From Pelomyxa schiedti (lineage: Eukaryota; Protista; Evosea): a DNA stretch of 64,000 nucleotides. Of the stretch, positions 1 to 13,640 are shown piece after piece (within the stretch, counting starts at the first letter, position 1; every line of letters begins with the position of its first letter). Under the pieces are notes generated by a model. That model saw only the letters and a list, made by a program, of their open reading frames with translations. It did no database searches and was not told the DNA's origin. The stretch lies in assembly GCA_020536535.1 (NCBI GenBank), contig JAHLWZ010000197.1:1-64000 (forward strand). Reading direction: 5' to 3'. The position numbers and the translations under genes are program-made.

Positions 1-647
1 ACTGCGAAAAGGAAAGAAAAAAAACCAAGCAAAGGAGACAGTGTTGGTACCAACACAAACAACCAAGAGTAGCGGGGAAAGGGAAAAAAAAAAAAATACT
101 TTCGATGAGCAGAGTTTCACAATCTTCTGCCGTCGCCATCAGAGAGGACAAGGCTCTTGCACTGTGTCGTGTCGTTACGATGGCAAAGGGGAAAAAAACA
201 AAGAAACGGTTGTGTGTCGATCGCACCTTTTTTATTTTTTATTTTATTTTTTTGACTTTTTTTTCCTTGCAAGATGCCAGTGTTCTACTAATTTTAGGGG
301 TAATACATCGGTTCCCGGCGTTTCTTCCAACACCACTTGCTTTGTGCCAGTTCCCATTGTGCTCCCTCGGAATTGAATCTCAAATCACTCGAATTGGGAC
401 GTCGTGTCACGCACAACAGACGTAGACATTTCAGCATTTTACAAAAAAAAAAAACCGAACCCTGGGACACGAGACGTATGTGTGGCTGAGAAAGTATAGT
501 TACCAAAGAAAACAACAAGGAGCCACGTACACTGCTGTTCATTGACAGGCGGGCATGGCAAGTGTGACATCACGCGCCGATTGGATGGGAAGAAACCGCG
601 CCGCCCTGGCCGCACAACAACTGGTATCCACATCGCTACCAGGGACA
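1..647. repeat. Near-identical copy of 26775-27469 (5' end of the kinase, shared promoter, 5' end of PLCXD); probably an alternative haplotype or mis-scaffolded contig
   Basis: Direct match actgcgaaaaggaaag...ccagggaca with a few SNPs, homopolymer differences and a 54-bp indel; ends at the N gap. Confidence 0.9.
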
Positions 648-747
648 NNNNNNNNNNNNNNNNNNNNNNNNNNNNNNNNNNNNNNNNNNNNNNNNNNNNN
701 NNNNNNNNNNNNNNNNNNNNNNNNNNNNNNNNNNNNNNNNNNNNNNN
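648..747. other. Assembly gap (100 N)
   Basis: Run of N. Confidence 1.
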
Positions 748-920
748 GGCACCGGCGCCTTGGCACGCAGCGTGATGCGCCACACGCCCACGAGCACCAC
801 GAACACCACGAGGCCCAGCCACCACGAGTGCAGCATCGCGAGGGCGACGGAGCCGGCCACCAGGAGAAGCAGGGTGACTGCGGTGGGACGAAGGGGGTTA
901 ACGTGCCTAACGAACCGCAT
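748..920 (-). CDS. 5' fragment of a membrane protein, truncated by the gap
   Basis: GC-rich ORF with hydrophobic stretch TLLLLVAGSVALAMLHSWWLGLVVFVVLVGVW, divergent from HSP90. Confidence 0.4.
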
Positions 921-1341
921 TTTATCCAAACGGTTTTGTTTTTGGAATCCTCGTTATTAGAAGTGATCAGGGGCGAAGCATTTGTTGGTGCCTGGGACAC
1001 GCGGCTGGTTGTTCTTCGAAGAACCGCCCAGCAGTTCAAGGATGAAGATGTACACAGAGGCAGGATCGGGCTCTGGAGTCTGAGTGTCCTTTCCACATCA
1101 GGCACCAAGGTGTGTCGCTCTCTGATTGGTCAAGTTTGTGGTTTAAGTTCCGCTGAAAAGTGGCTGAAATTTAGGGGGATTCCAGGTAAGATCTTGCGGG
1201 AAAACAACTCCCACCAACTGCAGAAGAGACAAGTTGGCTTACCAGTCATTTAAAAACATTCGAATAGGAAAAAAAAATTATTCAAAATAAACAAATACTA
1301 AGCAACACCCGTTTTTACGTCTACAAGACCATAAAAACTCA

Positions 1342-3768
1342 ATGGCAAGCACAACTGAAACCCCATCTGTTCCCGCCGAGGTCCCAAGCACCGTCGCACC
1401 AGGAGGCGAGCACACCGAGACCTTTGCTTTCCAGGCCGAGATCAACCAGCTGCTTAGTTTGATCATCAACACTTTCTACACAAACAAGGACATTTTCTTG
1501 CGAGAGCTGATTTCCAACTCTTCTGATGTATGTTTTCCTTTTCCCCCTAACCCTTTCTATTTCATTTTTTAACCACTGTTTCTTTTTTCTTTATTTTACT
1601 TACCGGCACTATAAATCTTTTTTTATATATATTGTTGTTAACCTTTCTCTCGCCTTTGTAACAAGATTTTCTAATTTTGTTCAGGCCTTGGACAAGATCC
1701 GCTACAAGGGACTCCAAGACAAGACCCAGCTCGAGACCGAGCCCGATCTCTGGATCAGGGTCGTTCCCGACAAGGAGGCTGGAACCATCACCATCTGGGA
1801 TACCGGTGTCGGTATGACCAAGAGCGAGCTCATCAGCAACTTGGGTACCATCGCCAAGTCCGGCACCAAGTCCTTCATGGAGCAGCTCACCCAGGGAACC
1901 GCCGACATCAGCATGATCGGACAGTTCGGCGTCGGCTTCTACAGCTCGTACCTGGTCGCCGACAAGGTCTCGGTCGTGTCCAAGGCCAACGAGGACGAGC
2001 AGTACTTGTGGGAGAGCTGCGCCGGGGGAGAGTTCACCATCACCCTCGACACAAGGGGCGAGCGCCTGAAGAGAGGTACCAAGGTCGTCCTGAAGATCAA
2101 GGAGGACCAGCACGACTACCTCGACGTCAAGAAGATCAAGGACATCATCAAGAAGCACTCTGAGTTCATCCAGTACCCAATCTCGGTCTACGAGACCAAG
2201 GAGAAGGAGGAGGAGATCACCGACGACGAGGCCGAGGCTGCCGCCGCCACCGAGAAGCCCGCGACCGAGGAGGAGCCCGCCGCCGACAAGCCAAAGATCG
2301 AGGACATCTCTGACGACAAGGCCAAGCCAGCAAAGAAGAAGAAGAAGGTCAAATCGGTCACACACGAGTGGGTGCAGGTCAACAAGCAGAGGCCAATCTG
2401 GACCCGAAACCCGAGCGAGATCACCAAGGAGGAGTACGGCGCTTTCTACAAGACAATCTCCAACGACTGGGAGGAGCACCTCGCCGTCAAGCACTTCAGC
2501 GTCGAGGGCCAGCTCGAGTTCAAGGCCATCCTCTTCGTGCCAAAGAGGGCTCCTTTCGACCTGTTCGAGTCCAAGAGGAAGCTCAACAACATCAAGCTCT
2601 ACGTGAGGAGGGTCTTCATCATGGATGACTGCAGAGAGCTCATCCCTGAGTACCTCAACTTCATCAAGGGAATCGTGGACAGCGAGGACCTGCCGCTCAA
2701 CATTTCCCGTGAGATGCTCCAGCAGAACAAGATTCTCAAGGTCATCAGGAAGAACTTGGTCAAGAAATGCATCGAGCTGTTCATCGAGCTCCAGGAGAAC
2801 AAGGAGGACTACAAGAAGTTCTACGAGGCCTTCAGCAAGAACCTCAAGCTCGGAATCCACGAGGACACTCAGAACAGGTCCAAGCTTGCTGAGCTCCTCC
2901 GCTTCCACTCCACCAAGGCTCTCGACGAGATGACCACACTCAAGGACTACGTCACCAGAATGAAGGAGGGACAGAAGGACATCTACTACATCACCGGTGA
3001 GAGCAAGAAGGCCGTTGAGAACTCACCATTCCTTGAGGGACTCAAGAAGCGCAACGTTGAGGTCCTCTTCCTCACAGAGCCAATTGATGAGTACGCCGTT
3101 CAGCAGCTCAAGGAGTTTGACGGCAAGAAGCTCGTTGCAGTCACCAAGGAGGGACTCAAGCTCGACGACATGGACACAGCTGAGGAGAAGGCCAGGCAGG
3201 CTGAGCTTGTCCAGCTCAACGAGACCCTCTGCAAGACCATCAAGGACATTCTTGGCGACAAGGTCGAGAAGGTCTTTGTCAGCAACAGGCTGGTTTCCTC
3301 CCCATGCGTGCTGGTCACTGGCGAGTACGGCTGGAGCGCAAACATGGAGAGAATCATGAAGGCTCAGGCACTCCGCGACTCATCCATGTCCACATACATG
3401 ACATCCAAGAAGATGCTCGAGCTCAACGTTGAGCACCCAATCGTCACCGAGCTCAAGAAGCAGGCCGATGTAAGTCCATTTCCAACTTGTTTTTCTCCTC
3501 CACTAATCACACTATGCAGAGGGACAAGGGTGACAAGACAGTCAAGGACCTTATCTGGTTGCTGTTTGAGACCGCACTCTTGACCTCTGGCTTCTCACTT
3601 GAGGACCCAACCTCCTTCGGCTCCCGCATCCACAGAATGATTAAGCTCGGACTTTCCATTGAGGACACACCAGCCCCTGAGCCGTCGACTACCACCCCAC
3701 CACCACTCGAGACCGCCACCTCAACGGAAGAGGCTGCTGAGACCACCAAGATGGAGGACGTTGACTAG
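1342..3768 (+). CDS. HSP90: Cytosolic heat shock protein 90, copy A; introns 1528-1684 and 3470-3519
   Basis: [43 protein letters not shown] motifs; C-terminal MEDVD; GT-AG introns restore the frame. Confidence 0.99.
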
Positions 3769-4390
3769 AAACAACTAACTGCCTCTTTGGTGTAAATTTG
3801 TGAGTTGTACCCACTTATTTACTCCCTAGTATCAGTCCAATAAAAGACTGTTTTTGCATATCTTTGACTTTTTTTTTTTGGCCCGTATTCCTGCTGGAGA
3901 GCACAACCTGGCCAGTAGAACAGTATTTACAGCCAATTAGATATCTCGTGTGCTGGGTTGTTCCTATCTGCAGATGTTGGTGATGGAATTGGGGACTGTG
4001 TGCGCCCAGCCGCCCCTGGGCAAGACAACCAGCATTTCGCAGTGTTATCACCTACGGCGAAGTGTGGTGTTTCAGAACTGGGAAAAGTGTGTTGGGATCA
4101 CTGGAGTGCGTCTAATTTCCACGTAGAACCAGTGTGGCTACGCGCGTCTCTACGGCTGGGAAGCGTAGGATAGCACCGAGACCAAAGCTGGGTTGATCTT
4201 CCGGCCAGAACCGCAGTCCGCAGTTGCATTTCATGGATTTATAAAGGCTTCGGTTGCTTTTCCCTTTTTCATTTTTTTAATCAATTTCCTGGTCGGTATT
4301 TGTGGGAGTTTTGTCATTTTTTTAAAAAAGAAGAAATAATTAAGAGGTACCAACCGCACCACCGGCACGTTGTCGTATTTAGTGGTAGCG

Positions 4391-7300
4391 ATGGAAACCC
4401 GTAAAGTACATCATGTACAATTTGGTGTCCTCAGTCCCGATGAAATTGTAGTACCCCTATTCTTTGTGTAGAGTTTTTAGTCTTTTTCTTTTCCTTCGCG
4501 CCCTTTTTCCACGCTACGAAGGAGAAAAAAAAACCACTGGACCGATACTTTGTGTTTTATTTTTTATATTATTTTTTTAAGTTATTTTATATTGTTTCTG
4601 GATATGTTTATGCCCGTTGTGCTATTGAATTTGTTTCCTGTACAAATCAACTCAACACTATGCTTTCCACGGACAGAGAGAAATGGCTGTTGTAAAGGTA
4701 CTTCATGCCGAGGGATATTCCAACGGCATACCCAAGTCGGAAGGCCTGATGGACCTGCGTATGGGGAGTGGCAGGCACATGAAGTGCCTTACTTGTAGTG
4801 GACTCGAGAACTGCCCTGGCCATTTTGGGTGCATCGAGCTGGCTAAACCTATGTTCCACTATGGCTTGATGCCTTACGTGGTGAAAGTGCTTCAGAGTGT
4901 GTGCTTCACTTGCAGCAAGCTAATGAGTGATAAGGTCCAATTACCGACAAACTTCCGGTATTGATGTTCTAAACTAATCTCTTACAGTATGACCCCAAAT
5001 TCGCTGCCGCTATTGCTGTTACAAATAAGAAAAAACGATTGGATGAAGTTCATCGTGTCTGTTCAGCCAAACAGATTTGTGAGGTAAAATGCGTGTGGTG
5101 GAGGGTGCACACTGACTTTTAAACAAAGCAAGAATCCATCGTTCAAACTAAGAATGCAAATGGAGAGCTCCCTCCCAAGCATGGTGGGTGTGGAAACATG
5201 CAGCCAAAGATAACCCGTGAAGGGCTCACTCTTATGGCTGAGTGGACTAATGCTGAAGTTGAAAATGGCGAAAAGAAGCAGCAATTATCCGCCGAAAGGG
5301 TGTATGCCATTCTGAAGCGCATCAGCAATGCAGACTGTGAACTACTTGGTCTCAATCCAAAGTACGCGAGACCTGACTGGATGTTAGTGAGCGTACTACC
5401 CGTTCCTCCACCTTGTGTGAGGCCCTCCACCCAAGTCGATAGTGCTGCACAAGGGGAGGACGATTTGACACATAAACTAGGCGATATAATCAAGGCATTC
5501 TAACAACCAGTAACGTCCTCTCTAAAAATGTATAGGCAAATGCAGACTTAAAGAAAAAAGAAGAAACTGGTGTAGCACCACATATCATCAACGAAGTTAT
5601 CACTGTTTTACAATGGAATTTAGCAACCTATTTTGACAACGACATTCCTGGCATTCGCCAATCAACAACCAAGAACGGGCGTCCTCTTAAATCAATCCGA
5701 CAAAGATTGAAGGGCAAAGAAGGAAGAATCAGGGGGTTTTTGATGGGAAAACGTGTCGATTTCAGTGCCAGGACAGTCATTACACCAGATCCAAATATCT
5801 CCATTGACCAAGTGGGGGTGCCTCGGTCTATAGCTAGAAATATGACTTTTCCTGAGAGGGTAACTCCACAAAATATTGAGCGGTAAAAAAACTCCTTTTT
5901 ATTTCTCTAGGCTCAAGAATAACACAGATTGCAGCAACTTATTCGTAATGGACCTCAGGAACACCCGGGTGCTATGTATATTATAAGAGATGATGGGCAA
6001 AAAATCGACTTAGCCCGTTCTCATAAACCAAACGATTCGTATTTGAACTATGGTTATATTGTGGAGAGGCATATTCAAGATGGAGACTACGTTGTATTCA
6101 ATCGGCAGCCTTCCTTACACAAAATGAGTATGATGGGACACAGAATCAAAATCATGCCCTATTCCTCCTTTCGGTTAGTACAATTAGGGATGCAAAATAT
6201 CTAACTATATACAAAACATAGATTAAATCTCTCTGTCACTACCCCCTATAACGCTGACTTCGATGGTGATGAAATGAACCTGCATGTTCCGCAGAGTTTG
6301 GAAACTGTTGCAGAAATCCAGCAGCTCATGATGGTTCCCAGGCAGATTGTAACTCCACAGTCTAATAAGCCTGTGATGGGAATTGTACAAGACACTCTAC
6401 TTGGATCCCGGCTGATTTCATCACGTGATACATTTGTGACGCGAGACGTTCTCATGAATGTGTTGATGTGGTTGCCTTCCTGGGATGGGAAACTCCCAAT
6501 TCCCGCAATTTTGAAACCCAGACATCTTTGGACAGGCAAACAAATATTCTCACTCATTTTGCCACCAATAAACCTGTACGTGAATGCAAATCTCCAGCCT
6601 CCTGCTGATGCTCTCAAAATCACAGCCTCTGATGATGTTGATAAAAATATGGTTTAGTTTTTTTCTTATCAGTTAATGTACCCACAGTTTACAGGTAGTT
6701 ATCGAGTCAGGTCAACTCCTAGCTGGAATCTTAAATGTGCAAACCTTGGGAAGATCCACAGGAAGTGTTGTGCATGTTGTCTGGAAGGACTATGGCCCTG
6801 AAGAAACCAAGCGCTTCCTCTCTGAAACTCAAACCGCCGTTAATCATTGGCTTCTGCAGCACTGCTTTTCTGTTGGGATTGGGGACACTATTGCTGATCC
6901 GCAAACAACTCTTGACATAGAGAACACCCTTAAAACAGCCAAAGTATTTTGCACCTCACACCTTTTTCCAATGCGGCTAATTCTTTGCAAAAAGGAAAAA
7001 GTGTCACAGCTTGTATCAGACCGTTACCAGGGCAATGGGATGGAGCCCCTTCCTGGTCGTACAATGGATGAGTCTTTTGAAGCCCGTGTGAATAAAGTTC
7101 TAAACAGTGCCGTGGACACAGCTGGGAAGTCAGCACAAAGATCACTCACAGATTCAAATAACGTAAAGATGATGGTAGTAGCTGGCTCCAAAGGAGTAGC
7201 AATTAACATTTCTCAAATGATTGCCTGTGTTGGACAACAAAATGTGGAAGGTGGGTTCTTTTGGAGCTATTCCAACTTAATCCTGTACAGGGAAACGAGT

Positions 7301-10300
7301 TCCCTTTGGATTTATTAACCGTACTCTTCCACACTTCACCAAGGAAGATTATGGTCCAGAAAGTCGTGGATTTGTACAAAACAGTTATCTGAGTGGCCTG
7401 ACACCACAGGAGTTTTTCTTCCATGCCATGGGTGGACGTGAAGGTCTGATTGATACTGCTGTAAAGACATCTGAGACTGGATACATACAAAGAAGATTGA
7501 TCAAGGAAAGCTTCATTTAGTTTTCTGTCTCCCTTATGTTGTTTAGGCAATGGAGGATGTTCAATGTAAATATGATGGCACTGTACGTAATTCCACAGGC
7601 GATGTGGTTCAGTTTTTGTACGGGGAGGATGGAATGGATGGTGCTTTCATTGAAAAACAATTCATCGACTCTATAAAAATGGGAGACCAGGCTCTCGCGA
7701 ACACGTGTGTCATTTGATTTCTCCCAAAATACTTATACACGCCAGATTCCAACATGACTATCACGATGTAAGATACTTGGAAGGTGCATTACTGCCTGAG
7801 CTCATTGACGATATCAAGAAAGACCCAGAGGCTCAACAAATCCTAGATGCGGAATACGAACAAATACGTGCTGATAGAGATCTTCTTCGTAGGGAAATAT
7901 CACCAACCTGTGAGGAGACAATTTACCTGCCTGTGAACATCAGAAGGTTGATTCTCAATGCACAGAAGATGTACCATATCGATCCCCGCAAACCAAGCGA
8001 TTTGCACCCCAAAACAGTTGTAACAACTCTTGCCGCTCTGACAAAGAAACTGGTTGTGGTTCCTGGTGAGGATAATTTGTCGCGGGAAGCTCAGATAAAT
8101 GCCACTGCTCTCTATGACATATTATTGAGGTGTACCCTTGCCTCCAAGCGTGTTGTGAAGGACTATAGGCTTTCCGCTCCTGCCTTCAAATACGTTTGCG
8201 GAGAAATTGAAACCAAATTCGCACAATCCATTGTCCACCCTGGAGAAATGGTGGGAGCAATTGCTGCACAGTCTATCGGGGAGCCGGCAACACAAATGAC
8301 GCTAAATACGTTTCACTATGCCGGTGTTTCAGCCAAGAATGTCACGCTCGGAGTTCCTCGTCTCAAAGAGATTATCAACGTTGCCAAGCAGCCAAAAACC
8401 CCTACTCTGACAGTTTTCCTCAAACAACATTGTAAGTATGACAGTGAGGCAGCAAAGAGAGTGCAATGTAGTTTGGAACACACTACACTGCGCAAAGTTG
8501 CATCTGCTACAGAAATATACTATGATCCAGACCCAATACTCACAATTGTTCCAGATGACAAGGAATGGGTGCAGCAGTACGTCCTCTACCAATTAGTGTT
8601 TGCACTCATTTTTTGAATAGGTATTATGACATCCCTGATGAAAGCATGCAAATTCCAAATCTCTCCCCGTGGCTTCTGCGCATTATATTGAACCGTGATA
8701 TGATGACTGATAAATCGCTGAGTATGGAACAAATCACAGGCTGCATTGAAAACGAGTTTGGAAGGAATCTGAATGTCATCCATTCGGATGATAATGACGA
8801 CAAACTAATCTTGCGGGTTCGTATTGTGGAAGATGACCCCAAAGAGGAATCAGTTCCAGCTGATGTATTCCTGAAAAAAATCGAGACTTCTATGCTCTCT
8901 GACCTCACTCTAACCGGAATTCGTGAAATTCAGAAGGTAATTGTTTCGTTCCTTGGGCTCCACTTTGATATTGGCACAGGTGTTCATGAGAGAAGAATCC
9001 CGCACATATTTTGATGCGGAGCAGAACCCTAAAGAAGAAAAAGAGTGGCTACTAGACACGGAAGGCACAAATATTCTTGCTGTAATGAGTCACCCAGATG
9101 TCGATTTCACGAGGACAACATCCAATGATATTTTTGAAGTATTTCTTCCTCATGAAATTATGTTAACGACTTTTAGATTCTTAACGTTCTTGGTGTGGAA
9201 GCAGTCCGAAGTGCACTCCACAAGGAATTAAAAGGAGTTATATCATTTGATGGCTCATACGTAAATTACCGTCATCTCGCCATACTTAGCGACGTGATGA
9301 CATATCGAGGAACCCTGATGGTTTTATGTTTTCCACCCTCTTCAAGAATTAAGAACTCTCTAGGCCATAACTCGTCATGGCATTAATCGCACAGAGGCAG
9401 GTCCTCTCATGCGCTCCTCCTTTGAAGAGAGTGTTGAGCAACTTCTTTCTGCTGCCGCCTTTTCGGAGCGCGATGACTTGAAAGGCGTCAGTCCCAACAT
9501 CATGCTTGGCCAGCTTTCACCAGTTGGTACTGGCTCGTTTGACCTATTTTTGAATCAAGACATGCTCCAAAATGCAATAACTTGGGAAGACCAACTTAAT
9601 CCTGCATCAGGCAACACCTGGGCGGCAGATGATGTAACATTGAAAAATAATCTACATCGTATGTAACTTCACTTCTCAGGTCATGTCTCCTGCCAGGCAT
9701 GATTTCCTGTTGACACAATCCCCTGCCTATACATACAGTCCCCGCAGTCCTTTGAGTGGAGGGGCTATGTTTTCGCCGCATGCATCCCCATCACACGACT
9801 TATCAGTTTACAAGTTTGAGTCTAGATTTAATTTTTCCTACTAACTTGCACTCTTAGTTCCACTGGGCTTTCATCGCCAGCTCATGCAAGTCATTCTTAT
9901 AGTGCGGCAGTCAATTATATTCCCTCTTCCCCTTCCTATTCACCATCGTCGCCATCCTATACACCGTCATCTCCTGGGTACTCTCCTACCTCGCCATCCT
10001 ATCAACATGCATCCCCTCAATATTCCCGCTCACCCGCTAGTTATTCTCCCTCGTCACCAGCGTATTCACCAGCGTCTCCTTCATATTCACCAACTTCACC
10101 GTCATACTCACCAAGTTCCCCTTCATACTCGCCAACTTCCCCATCATATTCTCCTACGTCACCCCGTTACACCCCAAAAAGTCCCTCTTATTCAGCATCA
10201 TCACCACACTATTCCCCAACTTCGCCTCATTACTCCCCCACATCCCCACATTACTCCCCAACTTCCCCTCACTACACACCAACATCACCTCACTACTCAC

Positions 10301-10916
10301 CAACATCACCCCATTATACTCCCGCATCCCCCAACTACTCACCCACATCCCCGCGGTACTCACCCGCTAGCCCCAGTTACTCTCCCGGCAGTAGTCCTCA
10401 CTACTCCCCTTCCTCACCCAAGTACACCCCAAGCTCACCCAATTACACTCCTACCTCTCCTGGGTACTCCCCAACATCACCAGGTTACACCTCACCTGGT
10501 TACTCACCCACCTCTCCAAACTACTCACCCAAGTCGTCCTCGGCCAGTTCGCCGTCATACACCCCGAATAGCACCGCCTCGTCTACCACATCGCCGGTCT
10601 ACTCGCCTTCCTCACCAATATACTCCCCCAAGAAAGCTGACACGTACAGCCCCTCAAATGTTTCCTACAGCCCCAGTAGTGAGGCTCCCCGCACTGGGTA
10701 ATGACTCCTTATTTGGAAACAACAAAACTCACTCCTCTAAACAGGACACAAGGGCACAAGGGAACGGAGAACTACTCGCCGTCATCACCTTCGTACAGCC
10801 CTGCCTCTCCCCCAAAAAACGCCTCACAATCATCATTAAACTATAGTCCAACATCATCCACACAGGACGATTCAGCCACACAACCCAACCACCCTGACAC
10901 ACACTCCCACAGCTAA
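4391..10916 (+). CDS. RPB1: RNA polymerase II largest subunit, about 18 introns
   Basis: [51 protein letters not shown] catalytic motif, [20 protein letters not shown] heptad CTD. Confidence 0.99.
9916..10860 (+). repeat. RPB1 CTD heptad repeats (YSPTSPx), degenerating distally, with an intron at 10698-10744
   Basis: 21-nt periodic coding repeat; manual translation gives [21 protein letters not shown] and variants. Confidence 0.95.
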
Positions 10917-11724
10917 ACCTGGTGGCCAAATCACACTGTACACTTTTTTTTGAAGACAAGAATAACAGGATTTTTTTTTTTACGATAGGAAAACCTTGCC
11001 CAACATCCGATCTGGGACCCAATGTACCACCAGCTTCAGGGGTGTAACTGCGATGGTCCATCCGCGACTACCAGTGTGTCGGTCGCCCGCTCTGGTTTCG
11101 TTGGACTGTCCCACAATTGCTGTTGCTGGTGGTCACTAGACTTACCCCAAAAAACGCTTTTAGCATGTTCCCGCGCTTGTGGCGCCAGGAGATGCTAGCA
11201 GATCGTTTTCTTGTTCGCAGTGCTTTCTGGCTTTCTGCAGGAGATGGCAAGCTGCCAGACCAGCTGCCCAAAAAACGCAGCACGCAGTTTGCAGCACGCT
11301 GCCGAAAAAAAAGCAGGAAATGGAATACAAAATGCCTTTTTTTTCCGGTTTTTGTGGTTATTTGCTTATGCTTTGGCGTCGTACCATTGGTGTTCCGTGT
11401 GTTTGTTCTCGCATTCGTTCCTTAGGAACGAAACACAACGTAAAGTCGTTTCAGGCTGGGTGTAGGTGCGGGAAAAAAACCACAACAGCCGCGACTTAGG
11501 AAGCACCTACAAATATTGCGGTACGACGTCGCGTGGGCTACTCCCCGCAGCACCGGTCGGTGGACTTGGGTTTTTTTTGTGCCTGTGGCGCAGGGGAAAC
11601 GTCACACCTCGCCACATCTCCCATCAGAAAAAATAAAAAAGTGATTACTGCAGCGAAAGCAAACAACAATCAAAACCCCACCAACCGTCAACGCGGCAGA
11701 GTTGTTCCTGAAAAAACCTTAAAG

Positions 11725-13640
11725 ATGCAACTCGGAGCTACACACCTCGGGGCGCCAGAAGAATCATACACCACCAACGCCAACAACTCGTCTCCTGGTC
11801 TCCAAGGTACATCGTTTGTGCAGCTGCCCTGTGGCAAATGCCAAACCAAACTAAATATGCAAGGTGAGTTCTCTTTTGTTGCGGTTGGTAAATTCTTGTC
11901 TGGCACAAACTCGGTGGTCTTTCGATGTTTCATGTGCGGCAGTGGTGTCACAATTTCTCCAGCCGACCTCAAAGCCCCTGAAACAACATCCACCAAAACC
12001 AGCCCAAAACCCACCAGCCAGTTGCTGACTCAAGACTTATCCATGGTGGATTGCAACAGCAACCAGACGTCATCAGCTTCAACAGAAAACTCGGACTCCC
12101 AAACGGAATTAAACACGGGCAAACGCAATCATACAAAGGCAGAGACGCCCATGGACGACAACAGCAACGAGACACTGGTGTCTCCGGTACAATCTGTTGC
12201 CACATCCACAACTGCAGCCACCAAGCCGCTGGCTTCTTCGCCACCAAACACCGCAACAAAACAGCGAGGCATAAAGAAATCACCTGTGGGCATAAAGCAG
12301 TTCCTGTCACCACTTTTCATCCAGAAGAAAGACTCAGCACCAGGACTCCCCAAGAAGGCGTCATACAGCCCAAAGTTCCCACTGAGGCTCAAAGTAGTTC
12401 GATCTGACTGTGTGCCACCTTGCGTTCCACGTGTTGGATTGCACAATGGACAGACCTTGATTGGTGTCCCTGATCGCACAGCCGTGGACTTCAGGATCGT
12501 GAACATCACGAGAGTGCAGGATGGAAACAGGGAAAAATATGAAGGAAATTTGAAGCTTGCCTTGTACGTGAAGAATGGTGAATCTTTTGTGGTAACTGGC
12601 ACCAGATTTCGTGTGTTTCGTCCCCCTCCCCCCTCCCTCTTCCTGCTTTTTAACACCATTTCCACAGTGACATCAACGAAACTAAAGAACACACCTCAGT
12701 CCCAAAGACCTTGTGAACAACGGGCATTTGAAATGGATCCAGTGATGACGCTCCCCTCCATGCTTCTTGCTGAGCAGTTGTGGCAACGTCTTACCAAGGG
12801 TGCCCCATCTCTACAAGTTGCAACCCTTGATAAGTTGTATCCCTGTTTTCCACATGAACAAGGACTGCAAATGTGGAGCTCCAACGACATCAATTCGAGT
12901 AACATTTCTGTTTCTTTGGTTCCTTGCCAACAATTCTCTCACAACAAACACACAGTTTTCCCAGGTGCGACCATCACAAAGGAGAAATTCTTCCAGCTGT
13001 GCACGTTCTGGCTGTCAGAAGCGAATCCCGCAGTTGTTTCCTTTGATATGGTGAGCCTTGACACCCAACAATTAATCCAATACAGTTTTTTCTCACTCTG
13101 AAACCCCCCTCACAACAGGTGTCAGTCGAATATTGGAGATCACACAGGTGTGTAGTGCCAAACAACACTTTCTTTTTGCTCATTTCTCCATCACCTGCAG
13201 TTGGATATGTGGGTTCTTTGATGACAACGACTATGAGAGACTCTTTTCAGTGTTTCCAGACCACACCCTGCTTCACTTCTGCAATAAATTTTCAGGGAGA
13301 TATGTGCTCAAGTGCTCACCAACACAGGAAGAATTCTCTATATTTTACAAAGAACGTGACAGCCCATACATGGTGGCAGCACATGAAGGAACACTCATAC
13401 ACGTCAAGCTGCACAGCACCCCAATAACAAGTTCATCCACTGGAATACCACCAGTGCAGATGCCAGGATGGTACGTGCCTGTGCCAATTGGAACTCTGCC
13501 CTCATTCTTCCCATCACTCCAAGAGGTGATTGAGAGCATCCTCCCTGTTTGTCATGGCTGGATCACCCGTGAAATACTCCAAGGTTATGTTTACAAGAAA
13601 CAACACCACCTTCTGTAATGCTGTCTAAGATAACACATGA
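11725..13640 (+). CDS. Unknown protein: N-terminal C4 Zn ribbon, S/T-rich linker, C-terminal STAT-linker/SH2-like domain
   Basis: CGKC...CFMC; ITKEKFFQLCTFWL...WICGFFDDNDYERLF...LLHFCNKF resembles the STAT linker-SH2 pattern (W..G.I.GF...FLLRFS). Confidence 0.55.

Noticed and set aside
1011-1024. Perfect palindrome gttcttcgaagaac upstream of HSP90 as a heat-shock element
   Set aside because: Spacing does not fit nGAAnnTTCn arrays, and it is not seen before copy B
555-1253. ORFs spanning the N gap that appear to fuse the PLCXD start to unrelated sequence
   Set aside because: Artefact of an arbitrary 100-N gap
1562-2908. 448-aa antisense ORF over HSP90 A (and the 579-aa one at 61936-63675)
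   Set aside because: Shadow of strong C/G-ending codon bias in HSP90; no domain signal
9884-10846. 320-aa His/Pro-rich ORF
   Set aside because: Off-frame reading of the RPB1 CTD heptads
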